Assembly: GCA_037925075.1 (NCBI GenBank)
Contig: JAXSNR010000002.1
Coordinates: forward strand, 640,001 to 704,000
DNA: 64,000 nt
Source: Aquificaceae bacterium
GTDB lineage: Bacteria > Aquificota > Aquificia > Aquificales > Aquificaceae
Reading direction: 5' to 3'
In this document: positions 8,855 through 23,945 of the stretch, piece after piece
Layout: each line of letters starts with the position of its first letter
Position numbering within the stretch: position 1 is the stretch's first letter
Notes under the pieces: model-generated
Seen by the model: the letters and a program-made list of their open reading frames with translations, nothing else
What the model was told of the DNA's origin: nothing
Database searches by the model: none
Position numbers and translations under genes: made by a program

Positions 8855-10387
8855 ATGGTGGTAAAAAGGTCAACCTTAATCCTAAACTTCGGCTCCCAAT
8901 ACGTCCAGCTTATAGCAAGAAGGATAAGGGAGCTGGGAGTATACAGTGAGATTGTGCCATACAACATAAGCCCAAAGGAGGTAAAAGAGAAAAACCCCTA
9001 CTGCTTAATATTATCTGGTGGTCCAGCCTCTGTGTATGAAAAAGATGCACCACTTCCAGAGCCAGAGCTTTACCGCCTTGATATTCCTATACTCGGTATA
9101 TGCTACGGTCTTCAGGCTATGGTGCATCAGTTGGGAGGCTCGGTAGAAAGGTCCGAAAAGCAAGAGTATGGAAGGGCAAGGCTAAGGCTTGTTAAAAGGG
9201 ACCCACTTTTTGATAACTTGCCCCATGAGTTTGATGTGTGGATGAGTCATGCGGACAAGGCGGTAAGGCTTCCAAAAGGCTTTGAAAGCCTTGCAAGCTC
9301 AGAAAACTCTCCCTATGCGGTCATAAGACACAAAAGCAAAGCCATATACGGCGTTCAGTTTCATCCAGAGGTTGCCCACACCCAATACGGAAGGGAGCTT
9401 CTTTCTAACTTCCTTTTCAAGGTTTGTGGGGCGGAGAAAAACTGGAGCATGGGCAACTTTATTGAAGAGAAGATAGAGGAGATAAAAAAGGAAGTGGGAA
9501 GTGGTAGGGTAATCTGTGCCTTGTCTGGAGGTGTGGATTCAACGGTTGCAGCACTCCTAACCTACAAGGCTGTGGGAAACCAGCTCAAATGCATATTCGT
9601 AAATCATGGACTTTTGAGAAAGGGGGAGGTGGAGGAGGTGGAAGGCTACTTTAAGAGGATGGGTCTTCCCTTTTACAGGGTGGATGCGGAAGAGCTGTTT
9701 TTAGAAAGGCTCAAGGGTGTGGAAGACCCAGAAGAAAAAAGGAAGATAATAGGACATACCTTTGTGGAGGTCTTTGAAAAAGAAGCAAAGAGGTTTGACG
9801 CGGAGTTTCTTCTTCAAGGCACCCTATATCCCGATGTGGTAGAAAGTGCGGGCATTCCCGGCGCCAAGGTTATAAAGACCCATCACAACGTGGGAGGTCT
9901 TCCTGAAAGGATGAAGCTTAAACTCCTTGAGCCTTTGAGGGAGCTTTTCAAAGATGAAGTGCGTCAAGTGGGAAGGCTTTTAGGGATGCCAGAAGAAGTG
10001 CTTATGCGTCATCCCTTTCCAGGTCCTGGTCTTGCCATAAGGATATTGGGAGAGGTAAAAAGGGAAGACTTGGAAATTCTCAGAGAGGCGGACCGCATAT
10101 TTGTAGAAGAGCTAAAAAGGTGGGGGCTATATGATAAGGTTTGGCAGGCCTTTGCGGTTCTTTTGCCTGTAAAGAGCGTAGGCGTTATGGGTGATGTGAG
10201 GACCTACGAAAGGGTAATAGGGCTCAGGGCTGTGGACAGCTCTGATGGTATGACCGCAGACTGGTCAAGGCTTCCTTATGAGTTCCTTGACCACGTGATG
10301 AGAAGGATAATAAACGAGGTTAAGGGTGTAAACAGGGTGGTGTATGATATATCCTCAAAACCACCAGCGACCATAGAATGGGAGTAA
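8855..10387 (+). CDS. guaA: GMP synthase (glutamine-hydrolysing)
   Basis: [50 protein letters not shown]. Confidence 0.98.
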   Translation: MVVKRSTLILNFGSQYVQLIARRIRELGVYSEIVPYNISPKEVKEKNPYCLILSGGPASVYEKDAPLPEPELYRLDIPILGICYGLQAMVHQLGGSVERSEKQEYGRARLRLVKRDPLFDNLPHEFDVWMSHADKAVRLPKGFESLASSENSPYAVIRHKSKAIYGVQFHPEVAHTQYGRELLSNFLFKVCGAEKNWSMGNFIEEKIEEIKKEVGSGRVICALSGGVDSTVAALLTYKAVGNQLKCIFVNHGLLRKGEVEEVEGYFKRMGLPFYRVDAEELFLERLKGVEDPEEKRKIIGHTFVEVFEKEAKRFDAEFLLQGTLYPDVVESAGIPGAKVIKTHHNVGGLPERMKLKLLEPLRELFKDEVRQVGRLLGMPEEVLMRHPFPGPGLAIRILGEVKREDLEILREADRIFVEELKRWGLYDKVWQAFAVLLPVKSVGVMGDVRTYERVIGLRAVDSSDGMTADWSRLPYEFLDHVMRRIINEVKGVNRVVYDISSKPPATIEWE

Positions 10388-10397
10388 AATATTAACC

Positions 10398-11687
10398 ATG
10401 AGATATCTAAAGCAGACAGACCCAGAGATTTACGAAGCCATAGTAGGTGAATACAAGAGGCAGTTTTACCACCTGGAACTCATAGCTTCAGAAAACTTCA
10501 CCTCTCTTGCGGTTATGGAAGCACAGGGATCCGTGCTCACCAACAAGTATGCGGAGGGACTGCCCCGAAAAAGGTATTACGGTGGCTGTGAGTTTGTTGA
10601 TGTGGCGGAAGAGCTTGCCATAAAGAGGGTAAAAGAGCTTTACGGTGCGGAGCATGCTAACGTTCAACCTCACTCTGGCTCTCAAGCAAACATGGCAGTG
10701 TATATGGCCATTTTAAAGCCGGGAGATACCATACTGGGAATGGACCTAGCCCACGGAGGACACTTAACCCACGGTGCAAAGGTAAATTTTTCAGGAAAGG
10801 TATACAATGCCATATACTACGGACTTAACCCAGAAACAGAGCTAATAGACTACGACCAAGTTTATAAGTTGGCAAAGGAATACAAACCAAAATTGATAGT
10901 GGCTGGAGCCTCCGCTTACCCAAGGATCATAGACTGGGAGAGGTTTGCCCAGATAGCGGAGGATGTAGGTGCGTACCTTATGGTGGATATGGCACATTAT
11001 GCAGGTCTTATAGCGGGAGGTGTCTATCCAAACCCGGTGCCGTACGCACACTTTGTCACCTCCACCACCCATAAGACCCTTAGAGGTCCAAGAGGTGGCT
11101 TTATACTTTGCAAGGCGGAGTTTGCAAAGGATATAGACAAAAGCGTATTCCCCGGAGTGCAAGGCGGACCCCTTATGCATGTAATAGCCGCAAAGGCTGT
11201 AGCTTTTAAGGAAGCTATGAGGGAGGAGTTTAAGGCGTACGCAAGAAAAGTGGTCCTAAACGCTCAGGCAGTGGCGGAGGAGTTTATAAGGCTTGGCTTT
11301 AAGGTGGTTTCCGGAGGAACAGATAGCCATATAGTTCTTCTTGACCTGAGGGACAAGGGAATAACTGGCAAGCAAGCGGAAGAGGCTTTAGGAAAGGCAA
11401 ACATAACTGTGAACAAAAACGCAGTACCCTTTGACCCCTTACCTCCCACAAAAACCAGCGGTATAAGGATAGGCACACCAGCCATGACCACAAGAGGTAT
11501 GAAGGAAGAGGAGATGAGGCTGATTGCCAGACTTATAGCTCAGGTAATACAGAACGTGGAAGACAACGAAGTTATAGAAAGGGTCGGGAAGCAAGTTGTA
11601 GAGCTCTGCGAGCAGTTTCCCCTTTATCCTGAGCTGAAAGAGGCCATAGATGAGCTTTCTTATAGCAAAACAGCGGATCTGATATAA
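10398..11687 (+). CDS. glyA: Serine hydroxymethyltransferase
   Basis: [31 protein letters not shown]. Confidence 0.98.
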   Translation: MRYLKQTDPEIYEAIVGEYKRQFYHLELIASENFTSLAVMEAQGSVLTNKYAEGLPRKRYYGGCEFVDVAEELAIKRVKELYGAEHANVQPHSGSQANMAVYMAILKPGDTILGMDLAHGGHLTHGAKVNFSGKVYNAIYYGLNPETELIDYDQVYKLAKEYKPKLIVAGASAYPRIIDWERFAQIAEDVGAYLMVDMAHYAGLIAGGVYPNPVPYAHFVTSTTHKTLRGPRGGFILCKAEFAKDIDKSVFPGVQGGPLMHVIAAKAVAFKEAMREEFKAYARKVVLNAQAVAEEFIRLGFKVVSGGTDSHIVLLDLRDKGITGKQAEEALGKANITVNKNAVPFDPLPPTKTSGIRIGTPAMTTRGMKEEEMRLIARLIAQVIQNVEDNEVIERVGKQVVELCEQFPLYPELKEAIDELSYSKTADLI

Positions 11688-11694
11688 TCTTCCT

Positions 11695-11937
11695 ATGAAC
11701 CTAATAAGGCTTCAGCTCATATATCCAGAAGATAAGGTAAAAGAGCCGATTTTATGCATGGTTTGTAAAAACTTTGATGTGGTAGTCAATATAAGGACCG
11801 CAAAGGTAACCAAAGATACGGGCATGCTTACCGTTGAGGTGGAAGGTGAAGCGGAGGAGATAGACAGAGTTATGAAGTTCATAGAAGATAGAGGGGTTAT
11901 AGTTCAGCCCATAGAAGGTCAGATATTTACCGAATGA
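11695..11937 (+). CDS. NIL-domain (ACT-like) small protein
   Basis: EPIL...FDVVVNIRTAKV...G.L.VEVEG pattern; 80 aa. Confidence 0.75.
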   Translation: MNLIRLQLIYPEDKVKEPILCMVCKNFDVVVNIRTAKVTKDTGMLTVEVEGEAEEIDRVMKFIEDRGVIVQPIEGQIFTE

Positions 11938-12860
11938 AAATCTCACAGATAGGAGAGTTTGGTCTTATAGAAAGGTTAAAGGAAATACTGGGAAGCCCTA
12001 TTATAGGAGATGATACAGCACCCATTTACCTTGGGGAAAGCACAATCTTGCTTACCTGCGACCTTCTTTTGCAAGACAGACACTTTAAGCTCCAATATCC
12101 ACCATCCGCTATTGGATGGAAAGCCATATCGGTCAATGTTAGCGATGTGGTCGCAAACGGAGGACTACCACATTACTGTCTTATTTCTTTAACTCTTCCG
12201 GATTTAGAGGTTAGCTACGTGGAAGAGATATACTTGGGCATAAAAAAGGCCTGTGAGTTTTACTCTTGTCAAGTGGTTGGGGGGAATGTTAGCAAAGGTG
12301 ATAAGCTGGCTATAGATGTATTTATGATGGGAAAGGCTGAAAGATTTGTGGGAAGAAGGGGAGCAAGGGTAGGGGATGGAGTTTTTGTATCAGGAACCTT
12401 GGGAGATTCAAGGGCTGGGCTTGAGCTTTTAATGATGGAGAAAAGGTCTTACGAAGACTTTGAACTCAGGCTTGTAGAAAAGCACCTTAGACTTACTGCA
12501 AGGATAGACTTTGTAAGGCACATTTCCAAGTACGCTAACGCAAGCATGGATATAAGCGATGGCCTCTCCTCTGATGCGGAAAAGCTTTCAAGGGCAAGCA
12601 ACGTAAGACTTAGGCTCTTTTCTGAAAAAATCCCCATCTCTCCAGAGCTTGTTAGCTACTGCAAAAGGCATGGAAAAGACCCCCTTGAGTACGCCCTTTC
12701 CGGCGGAGAGGACTATGAACTTCTTTTTACCCATCCCGTTGAAAAACTAAATCCCTTCCTTAGCATGGTTCAAATAGGTTTTGTAGAAAAGGGTGAAGGT
12801 ATTTTTCTTGATGACAAACCCCTTGAACCTACGGGTTTTGACCACTTTAGAGTGTTATAA
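11934..12860 (+). CDS. thiL: Thiamine-monophosphate kinase
   Basis: GEFGLI, IGDDTA, VNVSDV, DISDGL, GGEDYELLFT. Confidence 0.95.
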   Translation: MKISQIGEFGLIERLKEILGSPIIGDDTAPIYLGESTILLTCDLLLQDRHFKLQYPPSAIGWKAISVNVSDVVANGGLPHYCLISLTLPDLEVSYVEEIYLGIKKACEFYSCQVVGGNVSKGDKLAIDVFMMGKAERFVGRRGARVGDGVFVSGTLGDSRAGLELLMMEKRSYEDFELRLVEKHLRLTARIDFVRHISKYANASMDISDGLSSDAEKLSRASNVRLRLFSEKIPISPELVSYCKRHGKDPLEYALSGGEDYELLFTHPVEKLNPFLSMVQIGFVEKGEGIFLDDKPLEPTGFDHFRVL

Positions 12861-12867
12861 TTTTTCC

Positions 12868-14703
12868 ATGCGAGAGATTTTTATAACCGACGTTTCCCTC
12901 AGAGATGGTATTCAGTCCCTCCTTGCCACACGGGTAAGAACCGAAGATATGCTTGAGATAGTAGAAACCCTTGATAAGTGTGGTTTTTGGTCCCTTGAGG
13001 TTTGGGGTGGGGCAACCTTTGATGTATGCCTTAGGTATCTAAAAGAAGACCCATGGGATAGGTTGAGACTCTTCAAAGATAAAACACCAAACACCAAGCT
13101 TGAAATGCTTTTAAGGGGTCAGAATGTAGTAGGATACAGACACTATCCAGATGATGTGGTGGAAGAATTTGTCAAAAGGGCGTACGATAAGGGTATAGAG
13201 GTCTTTAGAATCTTTGACGCCCTAAACGACACGAGAAATATGAAAAAATCCATAGAAACCGCCAAGAAGGTGGGAGCCATCGTAAAGGGAGTGCTCTCTT
13301 ACGCCATAAGCCCTGTGCATACTGTGGAGTATTACGTCAATGTGGCAAGAGAGTTGGTAGATATGGGAATAGACATAATCTCCATAAAGGACCAGGCAGG
13401 GCTTCTTTCTCCAAAGGTAGCCTACGAGCTTGTGAAAGCCCTAAAGTCCGAGTTTCCCCAGTATCCCGTCCATCTTCACACGCAAACCACCGCAGACCTT
13501 GCGGAGATGGCACAGCTAAAGGGCATAGAAGCGGGAGCGGATATGATAGATACAGCCTTCTACAGCCTTTCTTGTCAGTCCTCCCATCCACCGGGAGAAA
13601 CCATGATATACGTGCTCAGAGAATTCGGCTACGAGGTCAAGGTGGATGAAAGGTTCTACCAAAAAGCTGGAGACCTCTTTGCAAGCATAAGGAAAAAGTA
13701 CAAAAAATACGACGTGCTTCCACCTTACCCAGATGTGGGAGTGCTTTTGCATCAAGTTCCCGGTGGTATGATTTCCAACTTCATAAGTCAGCTAAGAGAA
13801 CAGGGATTAGAAGAGAAGCTACCCGAGGTCCTTGAGGAAGTGGTAAGGGTGCGTCAGGACCTTGGATATCCACCCCTTGTAACACCCACAAGCCAGATAG
13901 TGGGCTCTCAGGCTTTCCTTAACGTGGTGCATGGCGAGAGGTACAAGGTAGTGACAAAGGAGACAAGGGATTATGTGAAAGGGCTATATGGCAGACCACC
14001 CGCACCCATCAGCCAAGAGCTTATAAAGAAGATCCTCGGGGAAGAGGAGCCCATATATCACATAAGACCTGCGGACTTGCTTGAACCTGAACTTCCAAAG
14101 ATAAGGGAAGAAGCCATAAAAGCAGGCGCGAAAAGTGAAGAGGATATACTCTCTTATGCCCTTTTCCCACTTGTTGCCAAAGAGTTTTTTGAATTTAGGG
14201 AAAAGGGAGAAAAGCTACCACCAGAGGAGCTTATTGAAGAGAAAAGGGAAAACATACCGGTGGAGTTTATAGTGACAGTCCATGGGGAGCAGTACCATGT
14301 CCAAATAGCCGGAAGGGGAGAACCTACCACAGAGGGAAGACCTTTCTTTGTCAGGCTTGATGGAAAGTTGGAAGAGGTCATACTCAGACCTCTTAGAGAG
14401 GTGGAAAACATACCATCACCTTACGGTGAGATAACCTCCGCGGTAGAGGTAAAACCAAAAAGACCCAGGCCTGTAGGTGTAGGAGATGTGACCTCCCCCA
14501 TCTCTGGCAAGGTGGTAAACGTGAAAGTAAATGTAGGACAAAAGGTTAAAGAGGGAGATGTGCTCTTTGTAGTGGAAGCCATGAAGATGGAAAATGAGGT
14601 CCATAGCCCTGTGGAAGGTGTTGTGGAAGAAGTACTCATCTCTGTGGGTGATGTGATAAACCCAGACGAGGTCGCCGTGAAAATAAAGCCACTAAAGATA
14701 TGA
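12868..14703 (+). CDS. pycB: Pyruvate carboxylase subunit B (carboxyltransferase plus biotinyl domain); the oadA/cfiA family is the alternative
   Basis: RDGIQSLLATR, EVWGGATFD, HQVPGGMISN, VTPTSQIVG, C-terminal EAMKM biotin site; ATG at 12868 preferred. Confidence 0.8.
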   Translation: MREIFITDVSLRDGIQSLLATRVRTEDMLEIVETLDKCGFWSLEVWGGATFDVCLRYLKEDPWDRLRLFKDKTPNTKLEMLLRGQNVVGYRHYPDDVVEEFVKRAYDKGIEVFRIFDALNDTRNMKKSIETAKKVGAIVKGVLSYAISPVHTVEYYVNVARELVDMGIDIISIKDQAGLLSPKVAYELVKALKSEFPQYPVHLHTQTTADLAEMAQLKGIEAGADMIDTAFYSLSCQSSHPPGETMIYVLREFGYEVKVDERFYQKAGDLFASIRKKYKKYDVLPPYPDVGVLLHQVPGGMISNFISQLREQGLEEKLPEVLEEVVRVRQDLGYPPLVTPTSQIVGSQAFLNVVHGERYKVVTKETRDYVKGLYGRPPAPISQELIKKILGEEEPIYHIRPADLLEPELPKIREEAIKAGAKSEEDILSYALFPLVAKEFFEFREKGEKLPPEELIEEKRENIPVEFIVTVHGEQYHVQIAGRGEPTTEGRPFFVRLDGKLEEVILRPLREVENIPSPYGEITSAVEVKPKRPRPVGVGDVTSPISGKVVNVKVNVGQKVKEGDVLFVVEAMKMENEVHSPVEGVVEEVLISVGDVINPDEVAVKIKPLKI

Positions 14704-15367
14704 GCCTTAAGATACTTATTGTAGAGGATGATGGGGACCTTGCGGAGCTTATAGCCTACAACCTTAAAAAAGAAGGTTATCAACCACTGGTCTGTCTAAG
14801 AGGGGCACAGGCTATAAAACATCTTGAGGAGAACCAACCAGACCTCTTGCTTTTGGACGTTATGCTTCCCGATTACGACGGATTTAGAATAGCCCAGTAT
14901 GTGAAAAGTCAAGACATCCTCAGGGATATACCCATAATATTCATAACCGCTCGGGATATGGAACAGGATAAACTTAGGGGCTTTTCTCTTGGTGCGGATG
15001 ATTATATAACAAAACCCTTCTCACCAAGAGAGCTTGTAGCAAGAGTAAAGGCTGTACTGAGAAGAGCAGGAAAGGAAAAGAGACAAACCCATTTTAGACT
15101 GGGAGGCCTTTACATAGACTTGGAAAAAAAGGAGGTTAAAAGGGGTGAAGAGGTTATTGAACTTACACCTACAGAGTTTCTAATACTCTCCGCCTTGCTT
15201 GAAAATTATGGTAAGCCCGTGAGTAGAGATTACCTTATAGAAAGGGTACTAAAAAGGGATGTGTACGACAGAACGGTGGATGTGCATATAAAAAAGCTAA
15301 GGGAAAAACTGGGTGAAGAGGGGAAGGTAATTCAAACAGTAAGGGGCTTTGGATACAAGTTGGGGTC

Positions 15368-15371
<4 letters not shown>
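14700..15371 (+). CDS. OmpR/PhoB-family response regulator (no adjacent kinase)
   Basis: IVEDD, LLDVMLP, GADDYITKPF, RTVDVHIKKLREKL, TVRGFGY. Confidence 0.92.
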
Positions 15372-18068
<2,697 letters not shown>

Positions 18069-18803
18069 TTATAAAATAGGAATGTATCTCCTTACCTTTT
18101 CCACCTCTTCTAAGCTTACCTCCACCTGAAGAAGACTATCTCCCTTCTCCGAAAAGGCAAGTATTTCACCCCAAGGTCCGTATATGGCGGAACAACCCGC
18201 ATACTCTTCATCCCCAACCTCACCCCATGCATTAGAAAGCATAAGAAAACACTGATTTTCTATAGCCCGTGTCCTTGAGAGCACTCTTAAATGTTCTTTT
18301 CTTTTGTTGCCCCACATGGCGGGAACAATAAGAATCTGTGCGTTTCTTAAACTCCATGAAAGCTCTGGAAATCTCAGCTCAAAACATATAAGAAGACCAA
18401 CCTTTGCTTGGGATGTTTCAAAGACTGGGTTTTTAGTGCCCGGCAGAAAATACCTTGGCTCTTCGTAGAGAGGGAAGAGTTTTATCTTATGCCTTTTGCC
18501 CACCACACTACCCCTATCTACCACTACCGCGGAATTGTGTATACCCTTATCACCCTTTATAGGGTAGGTACCTACAATGGTTAAGTTCTTGTCTTTGGAT
18601 ATCTTTATAACTTCTTTTAAGACATCCTCTGTGGCTTGTGCGTGCCTTTCCATGTTTTCGTAGTCAAAGCCACACTGCCACATTTCTGGCAATGCCACTA
18701 TAGAACCTTCTCTAACATGGGAAAGCATTTCCATAACCTTCTTTAGATTTTCTTCAACCTTTCCAAAAAGGGGCTTGAACTGTATAACCGCAAGGTTAAG
18801 CAT
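18069..18803 (-). CDS. Carbon-nitrogen hydrolase (nitrilase family)
   Basis: E-K-C triad in LPEMW, HKIKLF, ICFELRFPE; RAIENQ. Confidence 0.88.
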   Translation of the reverse strand: MLNLAVIQFKPLFGKVEENLKKVMEMLSHVREGSIVALPEMWQCGFDYENMERHAQATEDVLKEVIKISKDKNLTIVGTYPIKGDKGIHNSAVVVDRGSVVGKRHKIKLFPLYEEPRYFLPGTKNPVFETSQAKVGLLICFELRFPELSWSLRNAQILIVPAMWGNKRKEHLRVLSRTRAIENQCFLMLSNAWGEVGDEEYAGCSAIYGPWGEILAFSEKGDSLLQVEVSLEEVEKVRRYIPIL

Positions 18804-18829
18804 AGATTTATGTTAACATTTTTAGAACC

Positions 18830-20887
18830 ATGGAAAGGTTTTTCCCTTTCCTTAGATGGCTGAGGGGTTACGACAGAAAGACCTTTACCTCTGACTTTCT
18901 TGCGGGGCTTACCGTTGCGGTGGTTTTAGTCCCACAATCTATGGCTTACGCTTTGATAGCCGGTCTTCCACCGGTCTATGGCTTATATGCTGCTTCCATC
19001 CCTGTGATAATCGCAGCCCTTTTTGGAAGCTCTCCTCAGCTTGCCACAGGTCCTGTTGCCATAGTATCCTTTCTGACCTTTGTATCTCTTACAAGCTACG
19101 CCAGGCCGGGAGAGGAAAAATTTATAGAGCTTGCCATACTTATGGCTTTTCTTGTGGGCATTATACAGCTCTTAATAGGTGTCTTTAGGCTTGGTTTTTT
19201 GATAAACTTCGTTTCACATTCTGTGATAATAGGCTTTACCAACGCAGCGGCAATTATAATAATCACCACCCAGATACCCGCAGTTTTGGGTATAAAGGTA
19301 GAACAAAAGGAACTCATATTCCAAAACATCTACGAAATAGTAAAAGCCATACACCAAACAAATCTTTACACCCTTGCAGTGGGCTTGGTTTCCATAGCCT
19401 TGATAGTTGGACTAAGAAAGATAAACAGGAACTTTCCATCCGCCTTGCTTACCGTAGCACTTTTTACTGGTCTTTCTTACCTTCTTAGCTTTGAAAGCTA
19501 TGGCATTAAGGTGGTCGGAAGCATACCCCAGGGGCTTCCATTTCCATCTTTGCCTTCTGTGGACTGGGACCTTCTTGACAGACTGCTGGGCAAAGCCTTC
19601 ATCATCGCCTTAGTGGGCTTTATGGAAGCCTACGCCATAGCCAAGTTTATAGCAAGCCAAACAAAGCAAAAAATAGACGTAAACCAAGAGCTTATAGGTC
19701 AAGGGCTTGCCAACCTTGTGGGTTCCTTCTTTAGGGGCTATCCCGTCAGTGGTTCCTTTTCTCGTTCTGCGGTGAATTTTCAAGCGGGAGCAAAAACTGG
19801 CATGTCAAACATAGTAAGTGCCTGTTTTGTGCTAGCCACCATATTTTTCGTTGCACCGGTGCTTTACTACCTTCCAAGGGCTGTGCTTTCTGCGGTGGTT
19901 ATAACCGCGGTTTTAAGCCTGATAAAACCTTACTATTTTGTACATCTTTGGAAAACTAACAGGTACGACGGAATATCAGCCATAACAACCTTTGCCCTAT
20001 CTTTTATAATGAAGCCAGACTATGCCATCTTCATAGGCATGTTCTTGTCCCTTTCCCTCTTTCTTTGGAGGAGCCTCCATCCAAGGATTGTAAGAATGTC
20101 CAGAGACCCTGTTAGTAAAACCTTTGTGAACGCGGAGAGCAACAACCTTCCCACCTGTCCACAGATGGAAATGGTAAGACCTGAGGCATCCTTCTACTAC
20201 GCCAACACGGAGAACATCCTTGAGGAAATAAAGGCTATACTAGACCAAAAGCCAGCTTTAAAACACCTGGTGATAGACTGTGAGTCTGTGAACTACATGG
20301 ATGGTACAGCCCTTGATGCCCTCACCGATTTTCTTGAAGATATAAAAAAGAGGGGTGTTAATCTTGTACTTGTCAACGCAAAAGCTCCCGTTAAAGATTC
20401 CATGAGAAGATCGGGCTTTCTTGAAAAACTGGGTGAAGAAAACCTTCTACCTTCCAAAGGCCATGCGGTTGGAGAGCTTTTCAAGACTATAGACCATGAA
20501 TACTGTAAAAAGGTTTGCCCTTATGCGGTCTTTGAGGAATGCTATACGGTAAAGGAATACGTGAAGTTTGAGCCCGCAGAGAATCCCATTAGGGAAATAT
20601 ACGAAAGATTTTCTCTTTATGAAGATATGGATGTATACGCAGGAAGAGCATACAAGAACCTTATCCTTAGGTCAAAAGGCAAGGAGATAGACCTTAAGGC
20701 TGAGGACTTTTACACAGATGGAAAGGATCTTTATGTGCCTGCCACAAAGCTTATAAGTCTTAACGGTGAATTGGTTTCTTTTGGTGGGTTGTGTAGTAAA
20801 AAGGAATGTGAGATGAAAAACGGTTTTGTTTATCTTGGAAGTAATCCTGAGCAGGTGGTGGAAAAACTCTTGAACATCCTAAAATAA
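18830..20887 (+). CDS. SulP/SLC26-family anion transporter with STAS domain and C-terminal extension
   Basis: PQSMAYA, GLPPVYGLY, NQELIGQGLAN, GSFSRSAVN, STAS DCESVNYMDGT. Confidence 0.92.
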   Translation: MERFFPFLRWLRGYDRKTFTSDFLAGLTVAVVLVPQSMAYALIAGLPPVYGLYAASIPVIIAALFGSSPQLATGPVAIVSFLTFVSLTSYARPGEEKFIELAILMAFLVGIIQLLIGVFRLGFLINFVSHSVIIGFTNAAAIIIITTQIPAVLGIKVEQKELIFQNIYEIVKAIHQTNLYTLAVGLVSIALIVGLRKINRNFPSALLTVALFTGLSYLLSFESYGIKVVGSIPQGLPFPSLPSVDWDLLDRLLGKAFIIALVGFMEAYAIAKFIASQTKQKIDVNQELIGQGLANLVGSFFRGYPVSGSFSRSAVNFQAGAKTGMSNIVSACFVLATIFFVAPVLYYLPRAVLSAVVITAVLSLIKPYYFVHLWKTNRYDGISAITTFALSFIMKPDYAIFIGMFLSLSLFLWRSLHPRIVRMSRDPVSKTFVNAESNNLPTCPQMEMVRPEASFYYANTENILEEIKAILDQKPALKHLVIDCESVNYMDGTALDALTDFLEDIKKRGVNLVLVNAKAPVKDSMRRSGFLEKLGEENLLPSKGHAVGELFKTIDHEYCKKVCPYAVFEECYTVKEYVKFEPAENPIREIYERFSLYEDMDVYAGRAYKNLILRSKGKEIDLKAEDFYTDGKDLYVPATKLISLNGELVSFGGLCSKKECEMKNGFVYLGSNPEQVVEKLLNILK

Positions 20888-20912
20888 AAAGCCCCCTTGC
20901 GGGGGCGCTTTT

Positions 20913-20914
<2 letters not shown>
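20886..20914. terminator. Bidirectional rho-independent terminator between sulP and groEL
   Basis: AAAAA-GCCCCC-TTGC-GGGGGC-GC-TTTTTT between convergent stop codons. Confidence 0.8.
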
Positions 20915-22574
<1,660 letters not shown>

Positions 22575-22868
22575 TTATTCGACTATTGCAAGCACTTCGT
22601 CTTCTGACATAATAAGGAACTTTTCTCCATCAAGCTCCACCTCGGTGCCCGCATACTTGTTAAAGACCACCTTGTCTCCGGGCTTTACCTTAGGTGGAAC
22701 CTGCTGGCCGTTTTGTAGGAGCTTTCCTTCTCCCACCGCCACCACTTCTCCCATTTGGGGCTTTTCTTTGGCGGTGTCTGGTATAATGATGCCAGAGGCT
22801 GTTCTTTGTTCTTGCTCTTCAAACCTTTTGACCACAATCTTGTCATAAAGGGGCCTGAGCTTTGCCAT
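22575..22868 (-). CDS. groES: Co-chaperonin GroES
   Basis: [32 protein letters not shown]. Confidence 0.99.
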   Translation of the reverse strand: MAKLRPLYDKIVVKRFEEQEQRTASGIIIPDTAKEKPQMGEVVAVGEGKLLQNGQQVPPKVKPGDKVVFNKYAGTEVELDGEKFLIMSEDEVLAIVE

Positions 22869-22905
22869 GTTTCACCTCCTTCTAAGGAATTTTTACAGAC
22901 AGAAT

Positions 22906-22934
22906 ATTATATTAACATCGGGAGTGTTTGTCAA
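22906..22934 (-). promoter_or_regulatory. Perfect sigma70 consensus promoter for groES-groEL
   Basis: Minus strand reads TTGACA-aacactcccgatgttaa(17)-TATAAT. Confidence 0.85.
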
Positions 22935-23042
22935 GAGTCTTTTTGAAACATTTTTAGTATAACATACTGAGATTTATTTAGTAGCATTAGTTAATAAAAG
23001 TGGGTTGCAGGCTGTCCGCCGTATGGACTATCATATATAAGC

Positions 23043-23855
23043 ATGTTGAGGCTTTTATCTCCCGCAAAGCTTAACCTTGGCCTATGGCTTCTTGGGAAAA
23101 GACCTGATGGGTACCATGAGATCTTTACCTTATATCAGGCTATAAACCTTTTTGATGAGGTATCTATTGAAGAAGGAAACCTAAACGTTCAGACTAGTAC
23201 GGGCATACCCATGGAAGAAAACCTCGTTTATAAAGCCCTCAAAGCAATGGAGAAGCTTCTTGGAAGAGAGCTTAACTTTAAGATCTTTATTCAGAAGAAC
23301 ATACCGGAAGGCGGAGGGCTTGGAGGTGGGTCTTCAAACGTGGCAACGGTTTTAAAGGCTATAAACCAATTGCTTGACATTCCGCTCAGTGAAGAAGACT
23401 TACAGAACATAGCAAGTAAAGTATCCTCCGACGCACCCTTTTTCCTTATGGGAAGCTCGGCCATAGGGAGGGGTAGGGGTGAAATACTCCAGAGGGTTGA
23501 ACTGCCTAAGATGGTCTTTACTCTAATACATCCGGGTGTTAAGGCTTCAACCGCATATGTTTACCGCATGGTAAGGAAGGAGATGTTGACAGATAAAATA
23601 GAGAGTGATAAAATAATAGATTGCCTGAGGGCTGGAGACTTTAGCGTGCTCCAGAACAGGCTGGGTGAGCTGGCTGGAGAGCTTTACCCAGAGGTGGGTG
23701 AGGTGCTCAGGTTTTTGAGAGATCTGGGCAAGTTAGCCCTTGTAAGTGGTAGTGGCTCCAGCGTCTTTTATGTGGGCGAGCCCACCCAAGAGGTGACGCT
23801 TGCTTGCAAGACAAGAGGCTGGAGGCTTTACAGAGTGGAAAGTTATGGGGTGTAG
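23043..23855 (+). CDS. ispE: 4-(cytidine 5'-diphospho)-2-C-methyl-D-erythritol kinase
   Basis: PAKLNLGL, DGYHEI, IPEGGGLGGGSSN, SGSGS. Confidence 0.95.
   Translation: MLRLLSPAKLNLGLWLLGKRPDGYHEIFTLYQAINLFDEVSIEEGNLNVQTSTGIPMEENLVYKALKAMEKLLGRELNFKIFIQKNIPEGGGLGGGSSNVATVLKAINQLLDIPLSEEDLQNIASKVSSDAPFFLMGSSAIGRGRGEILQRVELPKMVFTLIHPGVKASTAYVYRMVRKEMLTDKIESDKIIDCLRAGDFSVLQNRLGELAGELYPEVGEVLRFLRDLGKLALVSGSGSSVFYVGEPTQEVTLACKTRGWRLYRVESYGV
23586..23614 (+). promoter_or_regulatory. Internal sigma70 promoter inside ispE, upstream of tRNA-Gln/prs
   Basis: TTGACA-17 nt-TAAAAT with a TG extension (TGA-TAAAAT). Confidence 0.65.
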
Positions 23856-23918
23856 CTCAACTGGCAGAGCACCGGACTTTGGATCCGGGGGCTCCTGGTT
23901 CGAATCCAGGCACCCCAG
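23846..23918 (+). tRNA. tRNA-Gln (anticodon TTG), CCA not encoded
   Basis: Acceptor TGGGGTG/CACCCCA, anticodon arm CCGGA-CTTTGGA-TCCGG, GGTTCGAATCC; familiar ispE-tRNAGln-prs-rplY-pth order. Confidence 0.96.
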
Positions 23919-23945
23919 CTTTTCACACATTAAAAGAGGTGCGAG

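Noticed and set aside
12793..12867. Extended GTG start of the carboxylase in the ORF track
   Set aside because: Overlaps thiL and contains a -10 box; family similarity begins at ATG 12868.
12868..14703. Assignment as 2-oxoglutarate carboxylase CfiA or a Na+-pumping OadA
   Set aside because: The RDGIQSLLATR and GYRHYPDD motifs fit the pyruvate carboxylase B type as I recall them, and no oadB/oadG is adjacent; not excluded without a phylogeny.
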